A stretch of DNA of 63,997 nucleotides, the filler included, from Perkinsus olseni (lineage: Eukaryota), in the NCBI GenBank assembly GCA_013115125.1. It is 5 parts of 5 records of this genome, joined end to end, with 100 filler letters (N's around TTAATTAATTAA, not from the genome) between each part and the next. Parts side by side here need not be neighbours in the genome. Positions count along the whole stretch, not along the records: positions 13,830 to 27,542 come from JABANN010000747.1; positions 27,643 to 41,339 come from JABANN010000748.1; 3 more parts are not named here. One strand, written 5' to 3'. The translations under genes were made by a program, and so were the position numbers. This document shows positions 25,034 through 38,240 of this stretch, one piece after another (position 1 is the first letter of the stretch; each line of letters starts with the position of its first letter). Below the pieces are notes generated by a model that worked only from the letters and a program-made list of their open reading frames with translations, ran no database searches and was not told where the DNA came from.

Positions 25034-27542
25034 ATAGCGAGATTGTTGCTGAGAGTGATGATGCTGACGATTGTGAGATGATAATAAAAAAGAAGAAGAA
25101 TAGAAAAGATATATTAAAAGAGGTTGCGTAAAAAGAAAGAAGAGTAGAATTATCCCGAGCTTGCCGTATTTTGAGTTTAGTTAATCGATCTGCTTTATCT
25201 AAGTTGACAACGGGTTTATGAGTGTTGTGATTTGCTCAGTTGCATCAGACGTCGGAGCTGAATGACTGGAGCTCCGACCCAGTTCACTCGGTTGGGTCGG
25301 AGCTGAAGGGGGTTGTCACGGGGTTGTCACGGCCACAACGTGACGTCCTGACCACTAGACGATAGCGACTCGAATTTGAACGCCTGAAAGCGCGGCCCAC
25401 CACAGCGACTTCGATTTCACGATCGAACATCTCCTCATGCCAGCCATCCATTATCCCCTCTATTCCAACAACTCATCGTAATGGCTCGTGGCCGGAGAGC
25501 CGCTGGTATCAGCGAAACTCAGAAGCGAGCTCTCGCCAAGTTTTTCGTGGGGCTGTTCGGAGCGGCTCTTATCGTCACCGAGTGCGCTTTTGTGATTGGA
25601 GTACTGCAGGTAGGCCGCTACAACAATCCCTGCATGCGCCATTGATAAACCCTATCGTCGTTCTCAGAAGCTGATGCGGTCAGATGCTGTCTGACCGACT
25701 GATAAGGGACCCCTCCGCCCCCGGACCTCCGCAACCTATCATGCCCGCCGTGGCTAGATTCCGCTTTGATAATGATTTGAGTTCATCACGAATGAGTAGC
25801 AAAGAACGGTAGCTGATTCGATATCAAGGCGGCAGCTAAGGCCAGTACCGTTGGGATCTTTAGCTAGAGTGTTTAGACGTGAAGCTGTTTGCTCATGACT
25901 CGATGGGAATAAGCAACACTCAATGAGGCCGCCCTCGCATATCCATAGGTCGGTCGATTCTGGATGATACGAATGAGCATAGATTTGGATTTGTGGCAGA
26001 AAAAGTACGGTGAAGTTGACCGTCGAAATTTCGTTTGCTTCTCTACTCTTGATAAGCGTCGCTTACACTTCGTAGGTGGGTCCTCCTCACGAGTCGCGTG
26101 GGAAACAACATAGCGAAGGAATTCTGTATGCTTGCATATGCTAAGGCAAGCATTTTCCGCGTCGGGACAATTTTCTTCTTCGCCTGTGCAACTTTCTTCT
26201 CGCGCACCTCACTTGCTACTCTTACTCGTTTTTCTCCTAACTGAGCCAAATTGGCTCAGCCAATCTTAATGCTGTATTCCAGCTCAGTTGCTGCCACGGG
26301 TTGCCCTAATATTCTATGCCTCGCCCGGGAAGACCTCCTGGCAAATGGGCCGATCGTAAGAAATCTTGCTCTCGCACTCTCGATAGAGTCATAAGCCGGG
26401 GCAACTATATTCTCAACGAGGTGGAGGTGCACATATTGAAGCATCTCCCTCCTGATTTACAGCGTGATATCGCGCGCAGGTGGATCCGCTTGCTCACTCT
26501 ACATCCTGACGACGGCGGCATTAATTTCGCCGAGGGTACCAGATTGGGGCTCGCCACCCGTAGAGCCGATCTGGCTCGTGTTCGGAAGGAGGCTGCGAAG
26601 ATGGGATCGTATTTCTTGCGATGGTGCGAGACGAACTTAATAATGTGCCGTTCGACAGTCCCCAGGAGGCCTCGGAACGCCAGTGCTCAGTCGCGCTCCT
26701 CTCCGGTCCGCGACCGTGGGAGTTCTCCGGGCTCTCAACCAGCCGAGTCTCCGGTACCACTACCACCTGTAGAGGATCCCGACCATAAGGGAGGAGAGTT
26801 GGCTCTCTTGTTACCTTCCCGGTCTTCGCCAGCGCAAGAGGTAGCTGGAGGCAGCAAGGGGTTCGTCCCACATCTGGAGGAACTGCGCTCCGCAGCTCGT
26901 TCGCGTCCTGCGATGGCCCTTTTTCCTTAGGTGCTACACCCGGAGCAGACTAAAGACGTGGTGGTTGGGCCAGCGCCGCGTTTCCTTGGTCTGGGAAGAC
27001 ATAGGGTAGATTTATATGCTGCGCAGTCTCTGCTTTCGCGGCGATATCTTCAGCTCTCTTCTTTATTCTCGGAGACCGAGTCCGCCTCGGATGCTGACAC
27101 CGTCTCTTCTGATATTTCTTCCTGCGGAAGTCGTGGCTTACGTGGACAGGATTCCAACCAGAGCCCGTCATGCTGGAAGGTTCGGTTCGCTGCATCTCTC
27201 GCCTCCATGATAACTCGCTGATTCAGCTCCGATCCCCAGTTCACTCGATTCCGCCTTCCGACTCCGGTGAGCTCTCGGAGCTCAGAAGCATCAGGTCAGT
27301 GCGCAGCGGCGCCGAGTCGAGCCAGAAACGGCATGAGGTGAGCCAAACGTGGGGCGCCGTGGTATTGTCTCGTTGTCCGTCTGGTTCTAATTGGGCAGTA
27401 CTCCGGCTACGTGATCGGACGAGGAGTAGTGAGTTATTGGGGGTCTTTCAGATGTGCTCGATCTGGAAGGACTCAGATAGTGAGAGTGGCCTGCCGGAGA
27501 TCATTTGTGACCCTATACCTCGCGAATTGTGATTCCACCACG

Positions 27543-27642
27543 NNNNNNNNNNNNNNNNNNNNNNNNNNNNNNNNNNNNNNNNNNNNTTAATTAATTAANN
27601 NNNNNNNNNNNNNNNNNNNNNNNNNNNNNNNNNNNNNNNNNN
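27543..27642. other. Artificial contig linker
   Basis: N-run + TTAATTAATTAA + N-run. Confidence 0.98.
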
Positions 27643-27646
27643 CAGC

Positions 27647-27710
<64 letters not shown>

Positions 27711-27714
27711 GCAG
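27643..27714 (+). repeat. (CAA)n microsatellite, probably poly-Gln coding
   Basis: CAG(CAA)n CAGCAG continues in frame as PPGSIPFPADDG up to a GT donor. Confidence 0.85.
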
Positions 27715-29520
27715 CCACCAGGCAGCATACCCTTCCCCGCGGATGACGGTACTGACCTGGGAATCTACATCCAGGAGCAACTTCAGCATATAAGTGCGTC
27801 TAGGGGAGGCTGCTGCTTGACGACAGGGATGCCTGGTTAGGTCCTGCTCGAGGGGGATCCGGGGTCGAAGCTGGCGTTCGACAGAATAGCCTGGAGGAGA
27901 AGCAAAGTAGAGGGATGTCTCTTCGTCTCGTTATCGGACCGACGCCACCGCTGTGGGTGTTTGGCCTCCTTCCATCATGCCACTGTGTAGCGGGAACGTC
28001 GCCGCTCTCAATGACGACAGCCTTGGTCGTGTGATGTCCCTCGCTCAGGCAGTAGTAACCATCCTCCTTTGGGCCCATCCCATCCACAACACCCCCAGCG
28101 TACGGTCCGTCAGAGCACCGATGCACCAGTGGTTCCATACGGGAAGGAGGGCGGCGGCGGCGGTCCTGAGGGTAGTTGCTCTCTCGATTGTCTGATATCG
28201 GTGGTGTGGTACCGAATCTTTGCTCTTAGGGTTGGACCACCGCGTCCTCAGGGAGTAACTAATTCAAAGAGGGTGTTTATCATTATCATCGTCATCATGC
28301 AGAAGTCTGTGAAGGTCTCTGGCGGAGGTCTCCGACGGATTGTGTCGCTAGTCCTTGCTCAGTGTGGGGGGGGGCTTGACGGAGGCAACAGCCAGGGACT
28401 CTTGGCAGTGGGGTGTAGAGTGTGGCCGTCGTCGTGTGCTGAATTCTTACGGAATGGGTTCGTGGCTTGAGCCCGAGTAGGTATCAATCGACCGTGACTG
28501 CCTCCTTCGTGCCAATTGTCGTCGCTGTAGTTTCGTTTTCTGTTGATGGCGCCACATCTCCCGTTCCTGCAGTATGGAAGGCGACCCTTGGAAGCCTCGC
28601 TCCGGCTTTTTTCGTCCCCAAAAAAAGGAGGGTTCCTGAGGATTCGGCATTCCCTTACCACTCGGAGCACTGTGGTATGATTCTGGAGGCATGGCTGAGC
28701 GGCATGACTGTTCCCACCAGTTTTTGTACCTGTAGCAAAGCCGCAGGAGAGAAGTGTACTTTTTGTTGGGCTTGGGAACCTAGTGAAGCTGAGAGCAGCA
28801 TGCCCCCCAGTTTGTTTGGGTGAAAACAACTGGCCGTAAAAACTAGAGGAGGTCTTCCGTCGGGAGACTGGGATCTGTCGGTGTGTTTCACTGGTCGAAT
28901 GCTGCAGGGTTCGTTGCCGATAGCAGTCATAGACACAGAGGTGGTACCACTGGCAAGCTAAACGCTTCTCGCGTTGTGATGAGCTCCCAGGGCCGCTTTG
29001 GCTTCAGGTCTCGCCATGCAGTTCACTTCAGGGTGGCTGTCGAGTCTGTAGAACGGGTTATCAGAGGATAGGATTGAAGGGAAATAATCGCGGTCATTAC
29101 GACGTACGTCTTTGGTGTGGACCTGTTGGAGGACTTCTTTCCGGTGCTCATGATCTCGTTATTCTTCTCCTTGCGTTCCGTTGGGACGAGAGCCTATCAA
29201 GATTGATCATTATTAATGATTCATCTCGAGAGGCGCGTGCAAAACGACTAATGAGTAGAGCCTGTTCCATAACTTTCTCAGAAGGGTGTTTTGGATGATG
29301 ACTCGTGGCGGACATTGGGGTCGTTATCGTCATCCCATTCTTGCCGCAGGACGTCTTTGCTGCAGTATCAGCCAGAAGGCAGCAGTCGAGTACCCTTGGC
29401 AATACTGGACTATCCTATTCCGGAGTAACGTCTCGTTAGCCTTCATAATTCCCTGCACTAGGTTCGGGTCGTATGATCATCATTATCATCATGCAGAAAT
29501 CCGTAAGTATCGGGAGTGAT
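27643..29520 (+). CDS. Partial multi-exon protein with Cys-rich CxC-x7-Cx2C motif (paralog A)
   Basis: PTSFCTCSKAAGEKCTFCWAWEPSEAESSMP at 28713-28805. The coding frame is supported by synonymous divergence from paralog B; the remaining exon structure is unresolved. Confidence 0.5.
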
Positions 29521-30337
29521 CTCTGGCAGTCAGTCTCGGGTTTGCGTTAGGAGTGTTTGCTCAATACCTGATCCTTGGTGAGAGATTTTATTCCCAACTA
29601 CGGCATAGGTGTGTGGACCACGGTCTGAAACTTATTTATTCTTGTAGTTATTCGAGATGCCCTGTTACATGTATGGTAGGGTTTCAGTGTTGGTGCAATC
29701 AGTGTTGTTATAACTATGTCACCATCTCCACCTAAACTGGAATCAGCGGATGATAAGAAACCGCGGCAGCCTGCTGCACAGCCCAGACGTGTCTCGTCTG
29801 GGTCACAGTCCAATGAGAGGAACAACGATATGTTCTCGATGCTGGAGGTGATGCTGGGGGCTTACGCCTGGTGTAGGGAGACTGCGCGGTCTTATGGGCG
29901 AAAAATCCAACGCTCGATGCTTGCAGGATGCGGAATATCTCATGTGGTGGTTTCAGTCGCGTGAGAGAGAAAGGATTCCCTTAGTATGCTAAAATTAAAG
30001 AATATGCTCGAGTGAGGCCGCTATGCCAGTACGAGGCGCGAGAACGGCGGTCGAACGATTGAAGCACTGCGCCAGAATTGCCCCAGCTGCGGCAGCTGGG
30101 GCTGAAGGCTCCAGCCTCGCGCCTCGTACTGGCCTAGTAGCCTCACTTTTGCATGTTGCATCTTCGTCGCTACGGACTGTCTCGTCCCCAGGCTACCCTC
30201 GAGAACCCTGCCCCGGCATTCTTCGTCCCAAACGCTCCCCAAGTTCCACATTCCCTCGCCGCTCAGACTAATGTGGTAAGCAATGGCATAGTGGAGCGGT
30301 GAGCGCTCTACTGTACACTGTGTTTCAGACGAATCCT

Positions 30338-31569
30338 ATGTCGGCCCTGGCACGTGACGGTCCGGCCTCCCTTGAGCCGTCCAAGCCCAGCGGTCCCCTC
30401 GCAGCCATGCCTACCAGTTTTTGTACTTGCGATAGAGCGGCTGGCGAAAAGTGTACATTTTGTTGGGCGTGGGAACCCAGTGAAGCTGGCAGCAGCATGC
30501 CTAGCGTGTGGTCGCAGGTGAGCAGTCGAGCATCATCTGCTTCTCCTGTGATCAGTCTCTGTAGGCCACTTCGAGATTGACGAGCGGTGCCTTGTCGAGT
30601 GGGGTGTATTCTAAGATATCCCTCTCCAGTGGAGTTACTATATCGGGCAACTGGCTGCAGGGTCAGCGTATACACTATGTCAAACCTGATTGTATCCCGT
30701 CAAAGGGCGGAGCGACTGTGGTAGGCTCTCGGAACCATTCAATTCAGGGATGCAGTGTAAAAAATCTATGTCGAGTTGAACCGACGAGCTTTCTGTTCCT
30801 TCCGGGCATCATTGCCTCACTTGTCAACCGCGCTTTTCTATTGTGTGGTTCAGGTTGTGGGGGTCAAGAAAGAGATACCGCAGGACATGTGGAACGCGTT
30901 GGAGATTGTTTTCCGGCGGCATGACCGTAGACCCACCACTCGCAACAGTGAGCTCAGTGAATGCAGCGGCTAGTCTCACGATGGTTGCTCAGGCCCGCAG
31001 CTTGGCACGGCTCGGCCACCGGACAGTCCACAAGCGATCCCGGCCGGATTTGTGAAAACCTTTAAACCTGAGGGGATAAGGAAAGGTGCTACTTCCGAGA
31101 AAATTGGTCGATTGGCGTAACTCGTTTGGGTCAGGGAAAAAGTTGGCTGTGAAAATCAGAGGAGATTTTCCGCCCGGAGACTACGACGTGTCGGTGTGCT
31201 TCGCGGGCCGCATGCTACACGGCACGCTGCCCATCGAAGTGGTGGAGAGGAAGGAGCTCAATGATCGGGATAACGAATCTGGTAAGTCCGCCGATGATGG
31301 CGCTGTCGCCGCGAGACCACTGTCCGCTCGGTCAGGCACGAAGCCCAGGGCGGACGCGTCATCGTCGAGCTCTCATCACTCCACACCGGGGATGCCGCCA
31401 GCGCTGGCCTCTCTTCTCGGTAAGCCAGGTTCGAATCAGGAGAGGGATCAAGTTTGGTTTTGTAGGCACGACCAATAGCATTCCCGAGGGCGGTCAGCTG
31501 GAGAATCCGCTGATGAGAGCGCTGGGAGGATCCGGGCTGCCGCCGGCTGCCACGGACGAGTCGAAGTGA
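30338..31569 (+). CDS. Multi-exon protein with the same Cys-rich motif (paralog B; 5' end uncertain)
   Basis: PTSFCTCDRAAGEKCTFCWAWEPSEAGSSMP at 30410-30502. A later exon PPGDYDVSVCF is homologous to GHYDVRLWC in paralog A; ends LPPAATDESK*. Confidence 0.55.
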
Positions 31570-32146
31570 TGGGCTGTACATTTAAATACTGTGTTTCAGT
31601 GTCAACGCTAATTCTTGCGTCATCACTGGAAATTCCGTGAGGACCCACACGGAATTGTAGAGAACGATGCGTTGGAACGCTGAAAAGTCTCAGAAAAAGG
31701 GTGTTGGACGAACGCAGTCTAGCATAAGGGCTCACCAGACCATGCTCTCATGCCCCTAGAATTCACGTGTGGCATTTCTCGCACCTGCCGAGGTTTTTTG
31801 TTGACTACGGGAGCCGACAAAAAGCTCTACAGGTACATCATTCTCCGTAGAAAAATCTGTATTGAACACTTGGCTGTCAGCCAAGTATCATATAGTGGAA
31901 GTCACTGACGTCCGTCTGCTACACCATCTACAGTAGGGCCGCAGCTGACTTACGGGGGTCTATCACTTCGTCGTGGAACACCCGGCGGGTCGACAAACAG
32001 TCCGTGTTATGGCAGGCGTCATCCCAGGGCACCACACCATAACGGATAAAGAAACAGATCGTATTATGCCCTGCGCTCGCTGCTAGGCCCACCGCGATAA
32101 TTTCAAGTCGTTGACGATCGAAGTTCTTTTGTCATTCACTATTCAC

Positions 32147-32860
32147 ATGCTCTTCGTGTTACTAGCGGCAGTTGTGGCGGCCAAGTGAGTGCTGCCGAAA
32201 CGCTGGGAATAACCTGTCGAGTTGTGCTAAGATCTCCCCTGGACGTTGCTGCTGGCTGGGCTGAAGATGTCATTGACTGGGTGGGCGACTTCAACCATTC
32301 CAAAGCTCTGGCATGGAGTGAGTCCTTCGGTGGCCGGTAACCATCCCAAATTCTACCGCCAACTGCCAAGTACTCGAGGTTGTGAGAATAGGTGCGCATA
32401 AGCCGATATTGGCCATGGTCCATCAACGGTGGTCCTCAGCGAGCCTCCAGTTAGCGCGGAGAATTCGGAAATCGGTCGACCTACAGACAGCAGCTGGGTG
32501 AGCTAGCTCGCCTCATTCTTCGGAAGAGACGCATAGATCTCATCAGGCATTTTATCATGCTGGACGCCGGCAACCTGCGAGAGCTGCCTGACCATCTGTG
32601 AGCTCATCCCTTGTGGTTGGGTTGAAAGTGCTTTTAGGACTCCCGTCGTCAACGTCAGTAAATATTACCCGCGAGTTTACTTCTTCTATCCGGACGGTAA
32701 GTTGATGGAAGATGTGACCAGTGGTCGGGAAGACAAGTTTCCCTACTTCTACGCTGACGAAGAAGAGGTGGGGTGACGAAACTGTGATGGTGATCGCCGT
32801 CTCGGTCGTGTCCATCAGTTAATCGCTTCTATGAAACGAGCACTGAGACAGACTCGGTAA
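32147..32860 (+). CDS. ERp18/TXNDC12/AGR-like ER thioredoxin-fold protein with SxxS in place of CxxC (copy 1)
   Basis: Signal peptide MLFVLLAAVVAA. The spliced KPILAMVHQRWSSASLQL..HFIML..YYPRVYFFYPDGKL..FPYFY parallels the ERp18 pattern PLMVIIHKSWCGACKAL..YIPRILFLDPSGKV..YKYFY. Confidence 0.7.
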
Positions 32861-35379
32861 AGCATGTGCCATGATTGACTCCACACTCACATAAGGGGGT
32901 TGAGTTTGTAGTCTGTATGCCACTCGGACTAACGGCAGGTGTCTTTACCGCAGCATAACACGCATGCGCTAATCCAGCGCCGCTGTAATGCTGAATATCA
33001 GCAATTGAGTTAGCAATTATCGCTTCTTTTCGGCGTAGGTGAGCAAACCTATTCCACTTTGGAAGAACTGAGCCTCCAGCCACATTCCGAACTCGACGAA
33101 GTACGAGCTCGACGTGGCACGCCTCTAATGGAAGCCCTCGTGACTCTCGTGACACCAACACAGTCGCCCACCAGTTCAAGTGATGCACTTTCTATCAAAA
33201 CAACCCGACTAGGGGCGAATATCACAAAAAAAGCCACTAGCATCGTTTTCTATAATCGATTTACGACCGATTCCATCTTGGCGGATAGGCCTGCACTGCA
33301 GACACTCGGCTCGGCCGACAAACGAAAGAGGCGCACCCCCGAAATTCGAAGTATCGCTCAAGGGGTGGTGTTCGCAGCATCAAAACGTTATGCATTTGTG
33401 GTGGCATTATTGTGCCGTGGTTTGACACTCTCCGAGACACAAACCAATTCCATATGTGAAAAGAAAATGTAAAAAAAACTCACTTTACGCTGAGTCATCC
33501 TCCATCAATCATTGATCATTGATCCTCCATAAGAGATCCCTGTTTCATGTGGTTTGCATATGTACCAGTCGTAGTTGGGAGGACTACATCGCAATTCGTT
33601 CGTTCATTGTATCATAACAACACTTTTATAACGATGTATAAAGGGTAGAAGTTGATTGCGTTGGGAGAAATACTGGGAGATGGATGTACCGCGGTAGCTT
33701 CTTCTAGTTGTGAAATGGAAGACTTCGTCAGATGCCAGCGGCTGCACGAGCTTGGCGTAGATGTCGACGCCGCGTAGATGTCGACGCCGCGTACGAGGAG
33801 GCAAGGGCGGCATACAAGAGGTTGAGTGAGTGCTCTGGGGTTGGCGACGCGTGTAGGTTCTTCACGATACACTAAATACCCTTTAGACCCAAGGCTTTAG
33901 TATCCACAACGTTTGTAGCGATACAGTGGAGATGCACCCGCGGAATGGAAAACGCCGGTAAAATTAAAATTGGTGAACCCAGAAGGCACATGTGAATGCC
34001 AGGGTTGTTCAATCCAATATGATAACTAAGACTTGCAGTGCGGAGTGGGAGACATTAAGAACACCGTAACTGATCCCTCGGGCGATCGCTTTTTACTCGA
34101 CAGTAATAGCAGTGTTGGTGACGTCACTGAGGAGCTGTCCCAGATTCAACACCCAGAGATATTATAGATATACCAATAGAACTGTGTGTGCCAGTTTGAT
34201 ATGCAGGGTGACCCTTCGTCAGCAGTCCACCGTATCTTGCGTTCCACAAGTACGTCTCCGCAAACCCACATTACCTGTTGTAACTAATGTGACATTAGTT
34301 ACAACAGGGTCGTAGTGCACGTGTAGTGTACGTGCGCACAAACTGCGTCGTATGCCACAAACACATTGCGTGTAGTAGAAAACACAGTCTTGTACGATAC
34401 CAGCTTTGCGAGCCTTCGCTCATGTTCATTTTTCTCAGTCCTGACTTACCGCCCGGACAAGAGTGGGGGTCAGAGCACGTGTGAGCGATTCCGCGAGGTG
34501 AGTCTTTTGGGTGGATCATTCGCTGGAAATTCAGCTGCTCGTACGCTGAAAGTTCTACTTCTTAGGTGCAGAATATCTGGGATAATCTCAAGGATATTCT
34601 TCCTCGCGGTGTTCCTCCACCGCCTGCCACCGGCTGCTGACGAGTCTAAGTGACGGTCTGTACATTTAAATCCTGTGTTTCAGTGTCAACGCTAATTCTT
34701 GCGTCATCACTGGAAATTCCGTGGGGTTCTCCGCGGTATGGTAGAGAGGCGAGGCGTATGTGCACCGGATTCTGCCAAACCCCGTCCCATCCAATCCCAG
34801 CACTGGTGATAGTCCCATCGTAGTTTACCTTTTGACTGAAGCCGCAATCATCACCTTAGTGAACGATGCGTTGGAACGCTGAAAAGTCTCCAAAAAACGT
34901 TGTTGTTAGACGAACGGAGGGGCCTACGTACAGTGGCATAAGGGCTCACCAGACCATGCTCTCATGCCCCTAGAAGTCACATGTGGCATTCTCGCATCTG
35001 CCGAAGTTTTTTGACTACGGGAGCCGACAAAAAGCTCTACGGATGCATCATTGTCCGTAGAAAAATCAATATTTGAACAGCCAAGCATCATATAGTGGAA
35101 GTCACTGACGTCCGTCTGCTACACCATCTACAGTAGCCTACTGTCAGTAGGGCCGCGGCTGACCTACGGGGGTCTATCATTTCGTCGTGGAACACCGGGC
35201 GTGTCGACAAGCAGTCCGTGTTATGGCAGGCGTCATTCCAGGGCTTCTCACCATATTATGGTTATGGTGACCATAACGGATGAAGAAACAGATCATATTC
35301 GGCCCTGCACTCCATGCTACGCCCACCGCGATAATTTCAATGGTTGGCGATCGAAGTTCCTTTGCCGTCAACTATTGAC

Positions 35380-36110
35380 ATGCTCTTCGTGTTACTAGCG
35401 GCAGTTGTGGCGGCCAAGTGAGTGCTGCCGAAACGCGGGGAATTAAGTGACGAATTTGCCCAGATCTTTTCTGGACGTCGGCGCTGGCTGGGCTGAAGAT
35501 GTCATTGACTGGGTGGGCGACTTCAACCGCTCTAAAGTGCTGGCGCGGAGTGAGTCCTTCGACGACCGATAACAATCCGAAATTCTACCGCCAACTGCCA
35601 AGTACTCGAGGGCGTGAGGATAGGTACGCATAAGCCGATATTGGCCATGGTCCATCAACGGTGGTCCTCAGCGAGCCTCCAGTTAGCGCGGAGAATTCGG
35701 AAATCGGTCGACCTACAGACAGCAGCTGGGTGCGCTAGCTCGCCTCATTCTTCGGAAGAGACGCGTTGGTCTCATCAGGCATTTTATCATGCTGGACGCC
35801 GGCAACCTGCGAGAGCTGCCTGACCATCTGTGAGCTCATCCCTTGTGGTTGGGTTGAAAGTGCTTTTAGGACTCCCGTCGTCAACGTCAGTAAATATTAT
35901 CCGCGAGTTTACTTCCTCTATCCGGACGGTAAATTGATGGAAGATGTGACCAGTGGTCGGGAAGACAAGTTTCCCTACTTCTACGCCGATGAAGAAGAGG
36001 TGGGATGACGAAACTGTGATGGTGATCGCCGTCTCGGTCGTGCCCATCAGTTAATCGCTTCTATGAAACGAGCATTGAGACGAAATCGGGAAAGCATGTG
36101 CCATGATTGA
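35380..36110 (+). CDS. ERp18/TXNDC12-like protein, SxxS (copy 2)
   Basis: Duplicate of 32147-32860 with conserved splice sites and a slightly different C-terminus. Confidence 0.7.
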
Positions 36111-36959
36111 CTCTAAACTCACATAAGGGGGTTGAGTTGGAAGTCTGCACACCACTTGGATTAACGACAAGTGCCTGTACCGCAGAATAACACGCATGCG
36201 CTTATTCAGCGCCGCTGTAATGCTGAATATCAGCAATTGAGTTGAGAATTATCGCATCTTTTGGCGTAGGTGAGCAAACCTATTCCACTTTGGAAGAACT
36301 GAGCCTCCAGCCACCTTCCGAACTCTCAAAGTACGAGCTCGACGTGGCACGCCTCTAATAGAAGCCCTCGTGACTCTCGTGACACCAACACAGTCGCCTA
36401 CCAGTTTAAGTGATGCACTTTCTAAGAAAACAATGCTAAGAAAACTTTCTAAGAAAACTAGCATCGATTTCTATAATCGATTTACGACCGATTTCATCTT
36501 GGCGGATAGGCCTGCACTGCAGACACTCGGCTCGGCCGACAAACGAAAGAGGCGCACCCCCGGAATTCGAAGTATCGCTCAAGGGGTGATGTTCGTAGCA
36601 TGAGAACGTTATGCATTTGTGGTGATTTCGCTGCGATTATTGTGCCGTGGCTTGACACTTCCCGAGACACAACGCCGTAGTGAAAAGAAAATGTAAAAAA
36701 ACTCACATACATGCCGAAACGAAGAGTTGTCTGCATACACTGGCACACTGCCCTACAACAAGTTTGGTGTCTCGACTATCAATCAAGCCATCGTCACGGA
36801 TGAGCGACGTATCTGTCAAGGTAGTCCAGCAAGCAGTCGAAAACAGCGATTACCTTCAAAGGCCTTGGTGGCCTCTGGCCATTGGAAACGGAACGTGAAA
36901 TCTAGACAGGCCACTGTGGGCGATGGTGGTAGACTCAACTGCCGCAGAAAACACTATGA

Positions 36960-38240
36960 TTTTATTGAACTAGAGGCCTACCGTGCCCGATCTCCGGCTT
37001 CTTGATGCACTCTTGATGAACTGGTTTCCTGTGACAATGGCGATCTTGGGTGCCTTAAGCAGATGCAGCTTCCGGTAGAACTCGGCGCTTGCACGGTCGT
37101 CCTCGTTGGCGACTTCTTTGGCGTGGACCACCACAAGACAGTGATGACGTAATCGCGAGTTCTTCTTATTCAACACTTTCAGGAAACGCACCTGCCCAAT
37201 CGAACTCACTTGTCGGGGCCGTCCCTCGATATCAACGACAGCTACAGGGAGCCCCGGCAATTTCACACTGCCACTTTTTGACAGGTTTTTCATTCACCAC
37301 ATTGCGTGCTATTCCCAAACTCTGTGAACAGTAGCAACGAATCACGACTAGCCAAGAAGATAATCAAACTGGCCATAAGCTCGCAGAAAGCGATCCAGCC
37401 GATGATACTGGACGGCCTAGTGCTCAGCCGAGGGTAATCGACTAGGAGTATGTCGTATCGCTTGGTCACAGTAAATAGTCCTTGGATGCGCGCCTAGCCC
37501 TTGTATAATACTCAAAGTGTTTCAGGAAAGCTCTTAACAAAGGGAAATTCCCTTAGGGAATCATCGATGTACCCTCCCCCACCCCCTTCCGGGCATCCTC
37601 GGCAGACAGATCGTCCGTGCAGCCAACGATGAGGGCGATATGACCGCCGCTGGCTGTGAGCTGGCCAAAACCGATCAAAAGGGACTGAGGACACGGCAAG
37701 GAACTTCAAAGGAGGCTGCGTGAGTTGTCCATCACCCTGCCGGTGGTGGGCATAAACTCTTTGAAGCCGTCCTGAAAGCCCTTCGCGAGCAGTTGATCCA
37801 AGAGCTGAGACCATGCACTGACGACTAGACGAAAAACAACTCCACCGTCCCCACCTCTTTCGCGTTCCTCGGGGAGTGCTCAGCGCGTCCGACCGACTCG
37901 AGCTCCACCGGCACGGCGCTTTTGAACCTTTGGCAATGCACTTCCGTCAACCGCCTTAACATAGCAATAGCAGCTTGCTCCACATGGAGCGGTACGGGGC
38001 CTTGGTGCCCCTCAGGAAGCGGCGACATCTGGTCCGACACGCCTGAGACAATGCTGCTCTCAGGCAGGCCCTTGAGTACCGGCAGCATGACCTACCACTG
38101 GTGGTCGTATGGACGACAGCTCCCCCCAGGTCCTGTGCAGTGACGACCTCCCCTGTCGCCGCCCTCACGAGAGGAGGCCCGGCTAGATAAATCGTACCGT
38201 TCGTCTCACACATCACGATCTCATCGCACATGGCGGGTAT
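36960..38240 (-). pseudogene. Partial methylcrotonyl-CoA carboxylase beta / carboxyltransferase gene
   Basis: [47 protein letters not shown] is diagnostic of the MCCB-type carboxyltransferase. The N-terminal part is not seen upstream and the downstream exons are divergent. Confidence 0.7.

Larger units (their letters stand above)
31537..36705 (+). repeat. ~2-kb segmental duplication (31537-33485 vs 34623-36705)
   Basis: Two colinear, highly similar blocks. Each includes the ..DESK* terminal exon and a thioredoxin-like gene; copy 2 has a ~110-bp extra segment near 34747-34860. Confidence 0.92.

Noticed and set aside
26316-27221. Stop-codon readthrough between two in-frame ORFs
   Set aside because: The TAG is in an acceptor-like context (TTTTCCTTAG|G) or reflects pseudogene decay; no recognisable domain supports readthrough.
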